Counted from the first letter of the stretch, positions 39,658 to 53,450 are shown. The stretch: 64,000 nt of DNA from Octopus vulgaris (GCA_951406725.2 OX597817.1:93992001-94056000); one strand, 5' to 3'. Translations and numbers: made by a program. Notes: generated by a model from the sequence alone, not told the origin.

Positions 39658-40339
39658 TACGTGTGTATGTGTCCAATGCAGGTAAATGTGCGTGCGTTCT
39701 GTACGTCTGTGTATGAGTAATAGTGTGTGGTGTTCATAAATACATAAATTAATAATCCAGGCCAGTCATCATGGCAAGGCAGTAGGAAAGGATTTATATT
39801 TACTTTTATCTCCTCTATGATGAGACCAACGGAAGTTGCTATAAAGGGCATTGAGAACGAGGTTGCAAAGTCAACAATCCCAAATGGTCATTACTTTTCC
39901 ACATCCTGTTACTCTCTATCCCACTCTCTCTACCTCCCTCTCAATCTCTCCCTGGATGTACGTATATGTGTGCATGTGTGTGTCTGTATATATGTGTATA
40001 TATGTGTGTATATATATTCATGTATTCAAAATAATAAAAATAAAGCAAATTGCAAGATACATTTCTAGTAAATTTTATTAGTTTTTATTAGGATGGAAAG
40101 AGTAAAAGCTATAAGGTTTTAGACATAGTCCTCCAGATGTTGAGGAATGTCAAGGTGAAACAAAGAAGAGAAGGGAGAAGAGAAAGGTGATAAAAAAAAG
40201 AAGAGCGTTAGGAAGAAACGTATGTGGGTTCGAGTCACATATTCGACTTTGAATAAGGATATGGGTAGATAGTTAGGTAGATAGGGAGAGACGGAGACAG
40301 AAAGGGAGAAACAGCGAGAAAGAGAAATGAGATGTAAGG

Positions 40340-40391
<52 letters not shown>

Positions 40392-41634
40392 TTCTCCTGT
40401 TGATTTTGACGCTTGACCGTCAGCTAAGTACCAAATGCTTGTGTACGCCGAGGCGCAAACCAACATTAGTTTTCACAAACTACAGCGCAAAAAGATGGTA
40501 AGTTCAATTCGTATTTCTATTTTCACCTGTTCATTTGTAGTTTCTCAAACCGTTAAAGTTCAAAGTCTTTTATAACATTGTAGCGGTGTTTTCTCTGTAA
40601 TTTAAAATCTTTCAAACGTAGTGTTATTTATCCATGACATTTTGAAAGAACCATGTTATGGACACATTTGAAACACATAAATTCGATCTTTATTTATCTA
40701 AGTATTTTAGAAAAAGGTTTCCCAATATTTCCTGGATTATAATAAAGTTAGCTTCACAGCAGAACCTTGGATGGGCATTCCTCATCCTTCGGAAAACTTT
40801 TATGGGATATCAAGAGCTTCAAAAACTGAGGTGCCACACTTCTTGAAAAGACCACTATTACAGACTCTGTCGTTCCATGTACACTCAGCATCTCCAAGCA
40901 AGCAACGTCTTCCCCCACTTTAATACAACATTTTAAACATCGATCTCTCTGTGTCCGATGTAAAGCCACACCGGGATTCGAGATAAATTTTACCTAAAAG
41001 GGCCATCTACAAAATCATCTGTGCATAATTAAATGTATCAAGATTTTACAGGTAATAGAAATAAGGGAAATACTGAGACAGTTGCCACAAATTGATTTGT
41101 TGATTTTGTTTTTGTAAAGATCTTTGATGAGAGACTTCTTAAAGTCCTGGAGTACATGCTCTTTGCTCCATATTACAGAAAAGAATTCTGCAGTTTACAA
41201 CGTAGGTGCGTGCTACTATATTTGTAGATTTCACTGGATATGCTGACTGAACAGGAGAAATTCCAGATAACATTTGTTTGGTCGCAGACTGAATTTCATG
41301 CAGATTAGATTTATAAAGAAATCGTACCATTCCTGCGTACTTTTCCAGCTTTCAAAACCATTCCTTCCATCTTTGTATGATCTCAGTGTCAATTGTTGTT
41401 CATCGATATTTCTCTATTTTCTGTCTTTAAATTTTGATTCTCGATAAACTCATGTTTATCCTTGTTTTTATCTATGAATTATGAGAATAATATGCTTGCA
41501 TATATTTGCACATGGTTAAACATAGGTAATATACCGGTAGTGTAATGGATACTTCTATCCCATAGACGGTTATTTTAACCTCTAACTCAGCTAACCTATA
41601 TGTATATGTACATATATATATATTTATATATATT

Positions 41635-43945
41635 CTTTTCTTTTGTTTTCTGTAGTTTCAACTCAGAGCTGCGGCCATGCTGATGCACCGCCGTTTTGCT
41701 ACACTGTTATTACTGAGAGCCTCCTCCAACATGTCGCACTTGGTGAAGAATAGAGTTTAATATAGCTACCTTCATTAGCACCTCTTGCCTTGATGTAGGT
41801 TCATCTGGGACTCTTGACAGGAAGAGGTCCAGCTTTGTACAGGTTCCTCAGGTTCTTTGGAACAATATTAAAAAACTGCGGGCCCTTGAAACCCAGGCTG
41901 TTGCAGTAACTGGTCCTGAAGCGCGATGGCACTACTGGGATCTTTGGTACTATGCAGTGTCATCCCGTTCTGGCATTGGTGTAGCTTTCAAAGCCAAATT
42001 TTGGCACAATTCCTTCCAGGATCTTCCAGATGTATATTACTGCATACCTCTCCCGCCTTCGCTCCAGGGAGTAGAGTCTTAGCTATTTCAGCCCTTCCCA
42101 GTAGCAAAGGGACGATCTTCTTTGTGAATCTTCTCTGGATTGCTTCAAGGTCCGCTGTTAATTTCACACTGTTGGGTGACCATAGCTATGAGCAGTAATC
42201 CAGGCGGCTGAGGACGAATGTCCTCCAGAGGACCATCATGGTTTCCTTATTTCTGGTTCTGAATGTTCTCAGGATCCACCCAGCCACTCGTCTGCACTTT
42301 GTCGCCATCCTGGTAATGTGCACTTGGAAAGAGGTATCATCACTCATGTCGATACCCAGGTCCCTCACTGATTTAGGCTCTGGGATTGAAATTTGCTGTG
42401 GACCAGTGTACCCTGTAAGTTTCATATTCAGTTTTGGACGCTGGTAGCGCAGGGGTTGGAATTTTTCAGTATTAAACTGCATATTATTATCCTCAGCCCA
42501 TCTGTAAATTGAGTCCAACTCCTGCTGCAGATGTGCAACATCTCTGGGGTTCTGTATTTTCTGCGAGACTTTCGTATCGTTTGCGTAGTTTGCAAGGGTG
42601 GCTATCCGGGTTCTTGATGGCATATCTGAGAGGGCCACTATAAAATGCAGTGGTCACAAGACAGTGCCTTGTGGAACTCACTATTTGTGTTTTCATAGAG
42701 GTGGCTCCATTAGCCACTACTGCCTAACTTCTATCTTTCAGAAAGTCATGTAACCACTCTCCAATTTTTCCAGCTATGCTGAGGTCACGCAGTTTGTGGC
42801 ATATCATACCATATCCACCTTGTCAAAAGCTTTTGCAAAATCAAGGTGTATTACGTCCACATTTGAGTTGTTGAGTAACTGCCTCAACACCCAGTCATAA
42901 TGTTGTAAGAGCTGGGTCAGGCAGCTCCTACCTGGTCGAAAGCCATGCTGGGTATCACTCAACAAGTTATTTTCTTCAAGGAATGCGATTAGTTTCCCTC
43001 TGACTATCCGTTCCATGACTTTACTGCTGTGTTAAGTCAGAGATAGGCCTATAGTTTTTCGCATCTGCTCTGCTTCCTCCTTTATGGATTGAGCATATTA
43101 TTCCCTCCTTCAGGTTGTTTGGCAGTCTGCCATTAACAAGAATGCTCTGGAAGAGAATCTGGAGGGGTTTTGCCAGGGCATGCTTACACGATTGAAAAGG
43201 ATTGCTGGGAAACCATCAGGACCAGCAGTTGAGTTTGTGTCCACTTCATCTATGGTTAGTAGCATATCTTCTTCGCTAATGTCGATGTATTCCATCGTGA
43301 CTGCCTCCCTGGTTATAGGTGAGGCGGCAAAGAAGTCCACTGGTTCGTTCACTTGTCTGTGTTCCAATGGGGCGGTAAAGACACTTTTGAACTGGTCATT
43401 CAGTACCTCACTGATCCTAGTTGGATTGTCTGTGAGAGAGCCATCCTTTTGGAAGAGGGGTCCTATCTTGCAGCGTACTGAGGCTGTTTCTTTCGCATAA
43501 TGAAAGAAGGGCTTTGGGTTTGACTTAATGTTTTATTATAACCCAGGCTTCTTTGTCTGCTTTCTCACTCACATAGGATTGTTGCAGCCTTTTTTCAGTC
43601 TCCATCAGTGTTGTTTTTAGGCGGGACCTTTCGCTACTTTTGGGATGTTGATTGAGTCAATTTGCAACCTTCGTCCGTAGTCTCACGAGGATCTTCTTCT
43701 CCCTTGGAATCTTGCTCCTATTTGTTTTGGCCTTGTGCTCAGGTACATATTTCTGGCATACGGCTTGCACAACAGACATGAAACATTCTAGTTTCATGTC
43801 AATGTCTGGTGTGGAGAGACATTCCGGCTAGTCCTGTCTGAGGATCTCTTTTTGGATCGATTTCCAGTCTGCTTTGTGGAAGTTCAGATTCGAGAGATTT
43901 CGGGTGCTTCCTTTAGGCTGTGTGTCTCTGGTTACTTTCGGCCCA
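41635..43945 (-). mobile_element. 5'-truncated degenerate CR1/L2-group LINE (ORF2 RT)
   Basis: STAGPDGFPAIL, QHGFRPGRSCLTQLL, LDFAKAFDKV, YANDTK, NNMQFNTEK, SVRDLGI, FVLSRLDYCS. The 3' tail ends in an A-rich repeat at ~41635. Confidence 0.92.
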
Positions 43946-43979
43946 AACATAGACATATATTATGTATGTATACATATAT

Positions 43980-44500
43980 ACGTGTGTGTGTGTGCGCGTG
44001 CGTCTTTGTGTTTGCGTCAGTGTTTGTCCCCACAACCACTTGACAACCGATGTTGGTTTATTTGTGTCCCCATGACGTGTATCTCATAACTTATTCAACA
44101 GAATAAGTATCAGGCTTTAAAAAGCATATGTATATAACCAACCACGTGGTTCCGGGTCCAGTCTCACTGCGTGGCACCTTGGGCAAGTATCTTCTACTAT
44201 AGCCTAGGGCCGACTAAAGCCGTGTGAGTGGATTTGGTAGACGGAAACTGAAAGAAGCCCGTCGTATATATATGTATGTGTGTGTATATGTTTGTGTGTC
44301 TGTGTTTGTCCCGCCAACATCGCTTGACAACCGATGCTGGTGTGTTTACGTCCCCATAACTTAGCGGTTCGGAAAAAGATATCGATAGAATAAGTACTAG
44401 ACAAAGAATAAGTCTTGGGGTCGATTTTCTCGACTAAAGGCGGTGCTCCAGCATGGCCGCAGTCAAATGACTGAAACAAGTAAAAGAGTAAAGCGTAAGA
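43980..44500 (+). mobile_element. SINE copies (fragment 43980-44120; near-complete 44135-44500)
   Basis: gtggttccgggtccagtc.cactgcgtggcaccttgggcaagt.tcttctactatagc ... ggcggtgctccagcatggccgcagtcaaatgactgaaacaagt. Confidence 0.88.
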
Positions 44501-44563
<63 letters not shown>

Positions 44564-44767
44564 ATTGAAACAATTGTAATGATTGCAAATAAATGTTCAA
44601 CCGTACTCCTTGTTGACAATTTTTCAATTATCTATTCTTACACTACAGAAACCCAAACGCAAATCTGGAAGTAATATATATATACTACTACTGGATATAA
44701 CAGGGTAAAATCTGAAGGTGGACGAGCTTTATACTGTACGCTACTACGTTCTTAACAGAATATAAAA

Positions 44768-44809
<42 letters not shown>

Positions 44810-44812
<3 letters not shown>

Positions 44813-44978
44813 GATATCGATAGAATAAGTACTAGACAAAGAATAAGTCTTGGGGTCGATTTTCTCGACCAAAGGCGGTGCTCCAGCATGGCCGCAGTCA
44901 AATGACTGAAACAAGTAAAAGAGTAAAGCGTAAGAGTATATATATATATATATACATAATTGAAACAATTGTAATGAT
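44810..44978 (+). repeat. Direct duplication of ~44376-44583 (SINE tail, (TA)n and flank)
   Basis: One substitution apart from (TA)n length. Confidence 0.9.
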
Positions 44979-45041
44979 AAATTTCCTCTATTTACATAAT
45001 ATTGAGGTCTCTTTCTTTCTTTTGTTATCTTACCGTTTTAT

Positions 45042-45082
<41 letters not shown>

Positions 45083-45117
45083 GCAAGATTTTTTGTGAAG
45101 TCGTGTGTTGAAACAGA

Positions 45118-45189
45118 TATTGTTATATTTCGGAATGGTCATATTATTGGCTAAACTGGCAATATGACCATTCCGAAATATAACAATAT
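45118..45189. repeat. Mini foldback derived from a Penelope terminus
   Basis: Inverted repeat atattgttatatttcggaatggtcatatt, 45118-45146 / 45161-45189. Similar to 63167-63210. Confidence 0.8.
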
Positions 45190-45311
45190 ATATATATACA
45201 CCGGAGTAAACACATAAATGTGAAACAAGGTGGAAAAAAGAGTACTCAAATACCAGGGGTAGAGTAATATGCTTTATTATAGTAATATGCTTTAATATGC
45301 TTTTAAATAAA

Positions 45312-45350
<39 letters not shown>

Positions 45351-45354
<4 letters not shown>

Positions 45355-45893
45355 AACATAATAAATAACAATAGGGTAATAATAAATTATTATTACCAGT
45401 GGCCTAGCACAAAAACGAATTAGTCATTAGACTATATATTATTCACATAGAATTACAATAAGAGGCTTCCAAATAGGAAAGCCTTGTGCTAGAAAGAGCA
45501 GTAGTAGACTAAAACCACCAAATAAGGATAAATTCTCGAAAGGAATGAAAATTAAAAACGTTTACCATCTCAATTATTTCCCAGACCATGGTTTCTAACT
45601 ATTTCCAGCAAAAAAATATTCGCTGAAGGCCAGTTTCATCAGTGGGACAGCCTTTAGATTTCAAATATACATACAGCCAGATCCACATGTAAAACTAACT
45701 GCCTGTATATCCTAACTTTTCAGACCACTGCGTAGACGCAGATTATACCCAGCGACAGAGAGGATGCCGGTAAAAATTTCGAACAAATTTATCAAAGAAT
45801 ATTTAAACATAATAAATAAGGTAATAAGAAATTATTATTACCAGTGGCCTAGGTAATAATAATTTCTTATTACCCTATTGTTATTTATTATGT
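45351..45893 (-). mobile_element. ~450-bp terminally redundant hammerhead element (retrozyme or pLTR-like) with an inverted terminal copy
   Basis: Direct repeat 45351-45407 / 45802-45852, inverted copy 45853-45893, HHR at 45647-45579. Begins at (TA)n. Confidence 0.8.
45579..45647 (-). ncRNA. Minimal type-I hammerhead ribozyme with canonical core
   Basis: TCCCA CTGATGA AACTG..TTCAGCGAA...TTTGCTGGA..TAGTT A GAAA CCATGG TC TGGGA: perfect stem I, long stem II, palindromic stem III, GUC cleavage site. Confidence 0.85.
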
Positions 45894-46015
45894 GCCACTC
45901 AGCGGGACTGAACCATGCTGTGAGATCCGGAATCATGTAGTTGCAAAGCAAACGTCTTACTATACAAACACGCCTACACCTATAAGTGTGTGTGTGTGTG
46001 TACGTGCGTACGCAT

Positions 46016-46064
<49 letters not shown>

Positions 46065-46669
46065 CATATATATATAATATAATATGAGAAACTAGTCGTA
46101 TAGATAAATTCCTCTATTTACATAATATCGAGGTCTCATTCATTCTTTTGTTAATATATATATATATATATATATAAACCTGCATACATATACAGACATA
46201 TATGCAGGCGTTTATTCATAAGATTTATTTGTTCTGTTGAAATTTGGACATGTGAGACTAATGTATTGTTGTTGTTTTAATTTTAGATCTAGGACTCTTT
46301 TGTTATTTGTGGGTCCAATTACTTTTTGTTTTCTTTTTCTATCTCTATTATATATTTATTATTTGATTTGTTATCGTTATTGTTATAAATAATAATTTTA
46401 ATAGTATTGGGTGGGGACGAGTTTTGAACGCTTAGAAGCATCGTACATTATGTTTTATCATTTGCCTGAATTTTTTTTTCAAATACCTGCTTATAATGAT
46501 TTTTTAATATAACTCTGTACCTCCGCACACTCATGCACGCACACACACATGCATACATATTCATAATCTTCCCCTACCTCCCTCTATGAGTATGTTAGTA
46601 CACATATACCTATATATCCGCCTATCTCACTATATGTGCGTATATGATGTGTTTATATGTGTACAAGTA

Positions 46670-46710
<41 letters not shown>

Positions 46711-46711
46711 G

Positions 46712-46754
<43 letters not shown>

Positions 46755-46764
46755 GTATATGATA

Positions 46765-47320
46765 TGTCAGGTCACTTTCGAGTGCTACTGGTAACATGTA
46801 ATCCAGTACAACCTGTTGCATGGTCGGGTCGTCGGCGACTAAACCGGCAACCCCACCAAGCTTGCTTGGTGAGGAGGGTGTTTATTGGACACCCTGCGGG
46901 ATGAAAAACAAAACCCGTCAAAGGGCGGAGGAACTCTTGAGAGTCAACGGCCATCCAATAAATGTCTTAAGGCTGTATCATGTGCGGGGACATAGAAATA
47001 ATCGGACTGAATACCCGATCGCGCGGTTAAACCATTGGGAGTGAAGGACTCCTAGCCTTTGTTAGGGCATCCTTCAAGGAGAAGGTAACTCAGGTAACTG
47101 GGATAACTCCGACATAAAACCTGCGGCTCAGTAGTTACCGATGATGTTGACTTGTTCTTCTTTTCGGATTATGGCTGCTGTTGTTTAGTGAGTGGGATTA
47201 ACTCAGTGCACAGCCTTTCCTCACTTTAAAAAAATCTTCTTGCACAGGCATTGCACGAAAACAACGTTGATTAAGCTTCGTGCAATGGCCATACTTGATA
47301 ACGAGGAGGCAGCCACCATA
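46765..47320 (+). mobile_element. Non-coding GC-richer insertion resembling an RTE-type 5'UTR or non-autonomous derivative
   Basis: Sharp boundaries between (TA)n and (TATG)n. The motif ttagggcatccttcaaggagaaggtaactc resembles RTE leaders from memory. Confidence 0.4.
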
Positions 47321-49305
47321 TAAATGTATGTATGTATGTATGTATGTATGTATGTATGTATGTATGTATGTATGTGGAGATTATATCAGATAGTTCCGGA
47401 AAGAATGTTACATTTCTAAAATGATAAGACAATTAAGAATGATTTAATAACAAGTCCAGGGCACAGACACAACGGCATGCGCCTATATACCCGCACACAC
47501 ATACACACTAGTAAACATACATATATACCTAGATACACTGCAATCACATAAACACAAAAGTACATATTACACCAGTTATATAGACGGCACTAAAGTGGTG
47601 CCAGAGAACAATGATATCAATGTATCCTAACCAGGAATACACACTATATACGACAAGCGTTGTATGACAATAATATGTTTAAAGCCATAAAATCCCACGC
47701 TCTGCGTTACGTAAAGACAGTCACAATCGAAATATTCTTACTATCCTAAGTAAAGAAAATAAACTAGAATTCTGAGCATGTCTGTGTCTGGGTATAATTA
47801 AGTCTATAGATATATGTTCTATTGTTATTCACAAACTGTGAATACCTCAGTAGTTGAATATTGAGAATATTTACAGAAAGAGGTTCAACAGTGAAGCTGT
47901 TTTGAGCAGCTATTTCTCAGAACTATATTCTCCTAGAAGTTCAAGCCTTATCCAGTTGCCAGAGAGATAGCTAAAACAAAGAGCCCTACTTGCATAAAAA
48001 AAGGAAGCCAATTCAGAAAGCTTTGATTCGTCTCCGTGTTGGCACTTGGACGGGAACACTATCTCATGATATATATGAGGAAGCTTCTCGAATTTTATAT
48101 TCCAAATTTTGGCTGGTATGATTGACATTAATACCACAAAAAGTTTTTCCATACATGTACATTTAAGATATAATATTTGATATTTGAGCCAATAAAAGAT
48201 GGCAGTAAAATAGTTGATAAATGATTTCAATGAAATACGACGAGATTACAATAAAATAATTGATGGAAAAAAACTGATGGCAATAAAATAAAATTAACCA
48301 GTTAACAATAAAGGAGGCTATAAAACGAAATTAAGTGAAACGAAAATAGAGGAAACGATAAAAGTGTTGAAAAACAAACAAACAAACATTAAAATTCGTT
48401 ACTTGTTAACTTTGAGTACAAAAACATCGTAACTATATTGAATAGGAAAACAGCTAGAGGGAAGGCTAAGCAACATATCAGTTGTTCTAGGGGTTGTGCA
48501 TATAATTTGCAACGTGACCGGGAGATACCCAAGAAGAACTTATTCAATTTCGCAAACGAAGTTTTGTTGGGAAATTCTTGGACTGAAGGGACGATATCAC
48601 AGTCGACTGTAGGCTGATTGGAATGATGAAAAGAGCTTAATAACAACTAGAAAATGCATTCAATTCCATATTAATCTAGAGTGAACCGTACATGCCAATG
48701 GGTACGCTGAGTTATTTTCCTTTGCTCATTTTTATTTAATTTATGCAAAATAACTAGCTCATAAATGAGTCCTATTCATGTTGTATAAGTGTATGTCCCT
48801 TCGCTGCTGGAGATAGATTAGGATAAATGCCGTGCTGATAACGCTTAATAAGGCAGAAATATCTATCAACGACTGGCCTCTTATCTCCAAACAATATGTC
48901 ACTTTCCTTAATGGCATCTGAACTTTGAAGGATTACGTCAACTCTGAAGGAATTCTTGAGTCTTTACATTATGTCCCCGTCATGTATAGAACTGATCTCG
49001 ATTGCTATTTGGTAATTGTGACGCATCCTCCAGATCAATTTATGTTGAATGGTATTTGATATTCTTATATTTGTCTATATACCACACACGCGCGCGCGCA
49101 CACACACATTTGCTCACATTTATACATATAATTACGTACACATACATATACACATATATGTATATACATAGATATATATGCATATATAAGTACATATAAG
49201 TCTGGCTATACATATATATGTACGTATGTATACATACATATACACACATACACCCATGCATACACATAAATACATACGTATATAGTTACACACATCTATA
49301 CAAGT

Positions 49306-49392
<87 letters not shown>

Positions 49393-49531
49393 CATACATA
49401 GATACATACATACATACATACATACATACATACACAAAACAAACACATTTCCTAAACCCACGCAAACACATATTCAGCCAGGCGAAAGAGGGTATTTGGT
49501 TTGATTGCGAGAGAGATAGACGCATAGATAG

Positions 49532-49616
<85 letters not shown>

Positions 49617-49820
49617 GGTGGGGGAGTTGACAGAAGATGAATGTTGTGAGGGGAGAGTGAGGAGAGTGAGGAGAGGGGTGTTAGGGAAGGGGAAGGAGGA
49701 AGCGAGCAATGCTTTAGAATTTGATTTTATTACCATGTGGAATACCATATTGCATATGGTAACATCATCAACCACAGCAGAATCATGCCACTCACAAGCA
49801 CACACAGTCAATTACACACA

Positions 49821-49853
<33 letters not shown>

Positions 49854-49863
49854 TCTCTCTCTC

Positions 49864-49918
<55 letters not shown>

Positions 49919-50129
49919 CTCTCTCTCTCTCTCTCACACGCACACACACGTTTACAGTCACACTTTAATATATACATTTACAGCCGTATGTAAAATAAAA
50001 CACACACACACACCAAGTACTTTTGTTCCGTTTCTTTCTGACCAACAAATACTATGTTCCCATTACCCTCTCTCTCCCCTCTCTCTCTCTACACACACAC
50101 ATATATATATATGCATAAAAGACATATAT

Positions 50130-50560
50130 GGCCTTCTAGCAGTGACCCTCTCTAGCCAGGATTTAGCCACAGTCTCCAGCAGCTTCACGTTCTGTTTTCG
50201 GATGAATTCCGGCATTCGAACGCAATTAGAACAACAATTGTGTTCCTTCCTGCTGGCCACGGCTTTGAAGAGTCTGTTACAGCTGTCCATGTAACTTCTC
50301 AGAGGAATTACAACTTTCACAGAGTATTGAGCAGCAATCACAATGTACGCATTTTGATACCCGACCCGAACAACCATGATGCAGATAACACTTTCCAACA
50401 TCTGGATAGCTTCCATTCCTCTATGTCAGGTAACCTTTCCTCAACTGCAACTTTAATTATTATGCTCTCCAACACCGTTGAATGTTGCTTATACATCAAA
50501 CTGTTCCAGAAACAAAAGGAAATAAACAGTGGTCAAATTTAGGCCCAAAATCTTGTACAT
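50130..50560 (-). mobile_element. Internally deleted Tc1/mariner-superfamily transposon remnant
   Basis: The peptide RKEH..CSNCVRMPEFIRK (N-terminal region) is fused to KLLETVAKSWLERVTARRPY, the segment that normally precedes QQDSAP. Confidence 0.55.
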
Positions 50561-50597
50561 ATACAAATATACATACATACATGTAAGTGTGTGTGTG

Positions 50598-50816
50598 TAT
50601 CTTTTTAGTTGTTTCAGTAATTAGACTGCGGACATGCTGGAGCACCGCCTTGAAGGATTTTTAGTTGAATGTATCGAACGCAGTACTTATTTTTTTCAAA
50701 GCCTGGTCCTTATTCTGTTACCGAACTGCTAAGTTACGGGGACGTAGACACAAACAGCACGGATTATCAAGCAGTGGTGGAGGACAGACAGTGACACAAA
50801 CATACGCACACACACA

Positions 50817-50855
<39 letters not shown>

Positions 50856-51031
50856 GCATATATACATATATATGGGAGGCTTCTTTCGGTTTTCTTGTAC
50901 CATATCCACTCACAAGGTTTTGTAGGCCCAGGGCTACTGTAGAAGACACTTAGCCAAGGTGCCTCACAGTAGGACTGATCGAAGAACCATGTAGTTGAGG
51001 AAGCAAGCTCCTTATCACACAGCCACGCCTG

Positions 51032-51032
<1 letters not shown>
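50598..51032 (-). mobile_element. Full-length tRNA-derived SINE
   Basis: Head gcaggcgtggctgtgtgataaggagcttgcttcc, body ..ggcaccttggctaagtgtcttctac.., tail ggcggtgctccagcatgtccgcagtc. Confidence 0.88.
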
Positions 51033-51073
<41 letters not shown>

Positions 51074-51082
51074 CCTTCTTTT

Positions 51083-51116
<34 letters not shown>

Positions 51117-51249
51117 AAAAGAAGGAAAATGCATACACCTTACATAGTTTTAATATATATTTTATTATAATATATTCCATATTATGTTTGTCGACCGGTT
51201 TCACTTTCACTAATATATGAGTATGTGTGTATGTGTGTGTGTGTGTGTG

Positions 51250-51587
<338 letters not shown>

Positions 51588-52809
51588 ACGGTGTATGAAA
51601 GTACGAGTGCTTTTCGCCGTTGAAGAGTTAGTGTTGCTCTTTGGTTTATCTTTGAACCATGCCACTGGTTCTCCAATATGAAGTTAGCCATATACCATCC
51701 CGCGTGTATGACGTGAGACTGACAAGCATCTTTATACCTATACCTGTGTAGCGCGGTTTTAATGCTGCTGATGTTGATTCATAATTATTTGGTGTCAGAT
51801 GACTGAAAAGATCACCGAGACAGGCATACACGAATGCACAATATATGAACACATACTTATATAGTTTTTAAAAACTTAAATAAGGTTTTCACGAATTTTC
51901 ATTCACTTCATATGAGCAAATATTTTTTTATTTCTTTTGCAACGTGAATGGTCAACATAATTTTCAGCTGCTACATAATTAGAAATATTTTAGCAGTTTT
52001 TTTTCCTTTATGATGGCAATTCTCAAAGTTTATTCAAGATCAACTTTTATGAAATAATATTTTCCTTTTCTTTGGAAGCTAATGGCGACAATCATCATCA
52101 TCATGTTTTCAGTGTATGGCATGTTGTAATAAATTTTATAAAATGGTACATTTTTCAAAGTCAATAATGTTAATTATGTTACTGAAGCTGCAGACTTAAT
52201 TTTGCAACAGAAAAAGTAAAAAGCTTAAACAGAATTCTATATATGATACTCTGTATCATGTCAAACACAAAGACAAAGAGAAGCCAGATCAATGGTGAAA
52301 AAGACAAACTGAAGGTGACATGAAAAAGTATTTTGAAGTGAACTCAGCAAGATTAAAAGCTGGCACAAAAATAAATAACGCAAAAAAGTCTTACCTTGAA
52401 TTGACGCATAACTCATACAACAAAGTCATTACATCAGGGATAGAACAGACAAGTAAAAAGTCTGTGAAAAATCAGTGAAGTATTACACAGAGAGAGAGAG
52501 AGAGAGAAGGGGAGTGAAGGAGAGAGAGAGAGAGAGAAAGTGAGAGAGAGAGAACAGCTCAGGTTGAGAGTAACAGATTTTTTTTTGTTCAGATCAGACA
52601 AAACTTTACTGTAATATTCGAGGAGACACAATGGAAAAATGAACACTAAATGTGATGGAAGGACAGAATTTTGGACAACGATTTGAAGCTGTTTGATTAC
52701 ATATAATGAAAATGCAAATTGTATTAAACTGCTTAAGATGTAAGTGGCCCATGTAACGAAGAGAAGAATCTCTGTAAATAGATACAATGTTTTGCATCAG
52801 GTAGCATTT

Positions 52810-53450
52810 CAGGACTGCGCTAGAAAATGGAAAGCCTCAGAACCAGATAGGATCCAAGAATTTTAGATGAAACATCTGTAATCCTTACTCAGTCAAATCA
52901 AAAATCCACAAAATTATATATGATACATAGAAGTGTACCGGGGTGAAAGGTTGATAGAGGAAAACAGCAGAAAATTATCGACCAAAAGCATACAATCATT
53001 TGATGCAGGACAAATTACAACGAATTGAACAGAAGGGATGTCGGAAACACTCAAAAGAAACCCAAGACTATCTGATCATTGACAAAATGTTAATGAAGCG
53101 CTGTCAGCAGCGACAGACTAATCTGTGTATAGTGAGGGTTGATTTTTTAAAAAAAGGATTACAACTTGTTTCCTCATTCTTGGAGTGCAGAGTCACTTAG
53201 AATGTTTGGTATAGCTGAAAACCAACACCATCAGGAAAGAGACAATTTTCAAAGTGACTCACTTTTCTCCCTTGCCCTTCCTCATTGTCCTGATTCCTCT
53301 GAATATGGTGATTCAGAAGCCTAGGGTGCTTTGCCAGTTGGATGAAACAGGATCGGATCTTAATCACTTGCTCTAAATGGATGATCTTTAAATGTTTTCA
53401 AATTCAGTAAAAGAGATCAACACCTTGGTGCAAGTCTCAAATCTGATGAA
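52810..53450 (+). mobile_element. Old R4/Dong RT fragment
   Basis: WKASEPDRIQEF, EQKGCRKHSKETQDYLIIDKM, IFQSDS, NHLL*MDDL. Followed by (AAT)n. Confidence 0.75.

Noticed and set aside
40440-41530. Possible host exons or DNA-transposon remnants (also 8560-9050, 47850-48900, 51590-52400)
   Set aside because: No recognisable protein motif, paired TIRs or convincing splice-bounded ORF.
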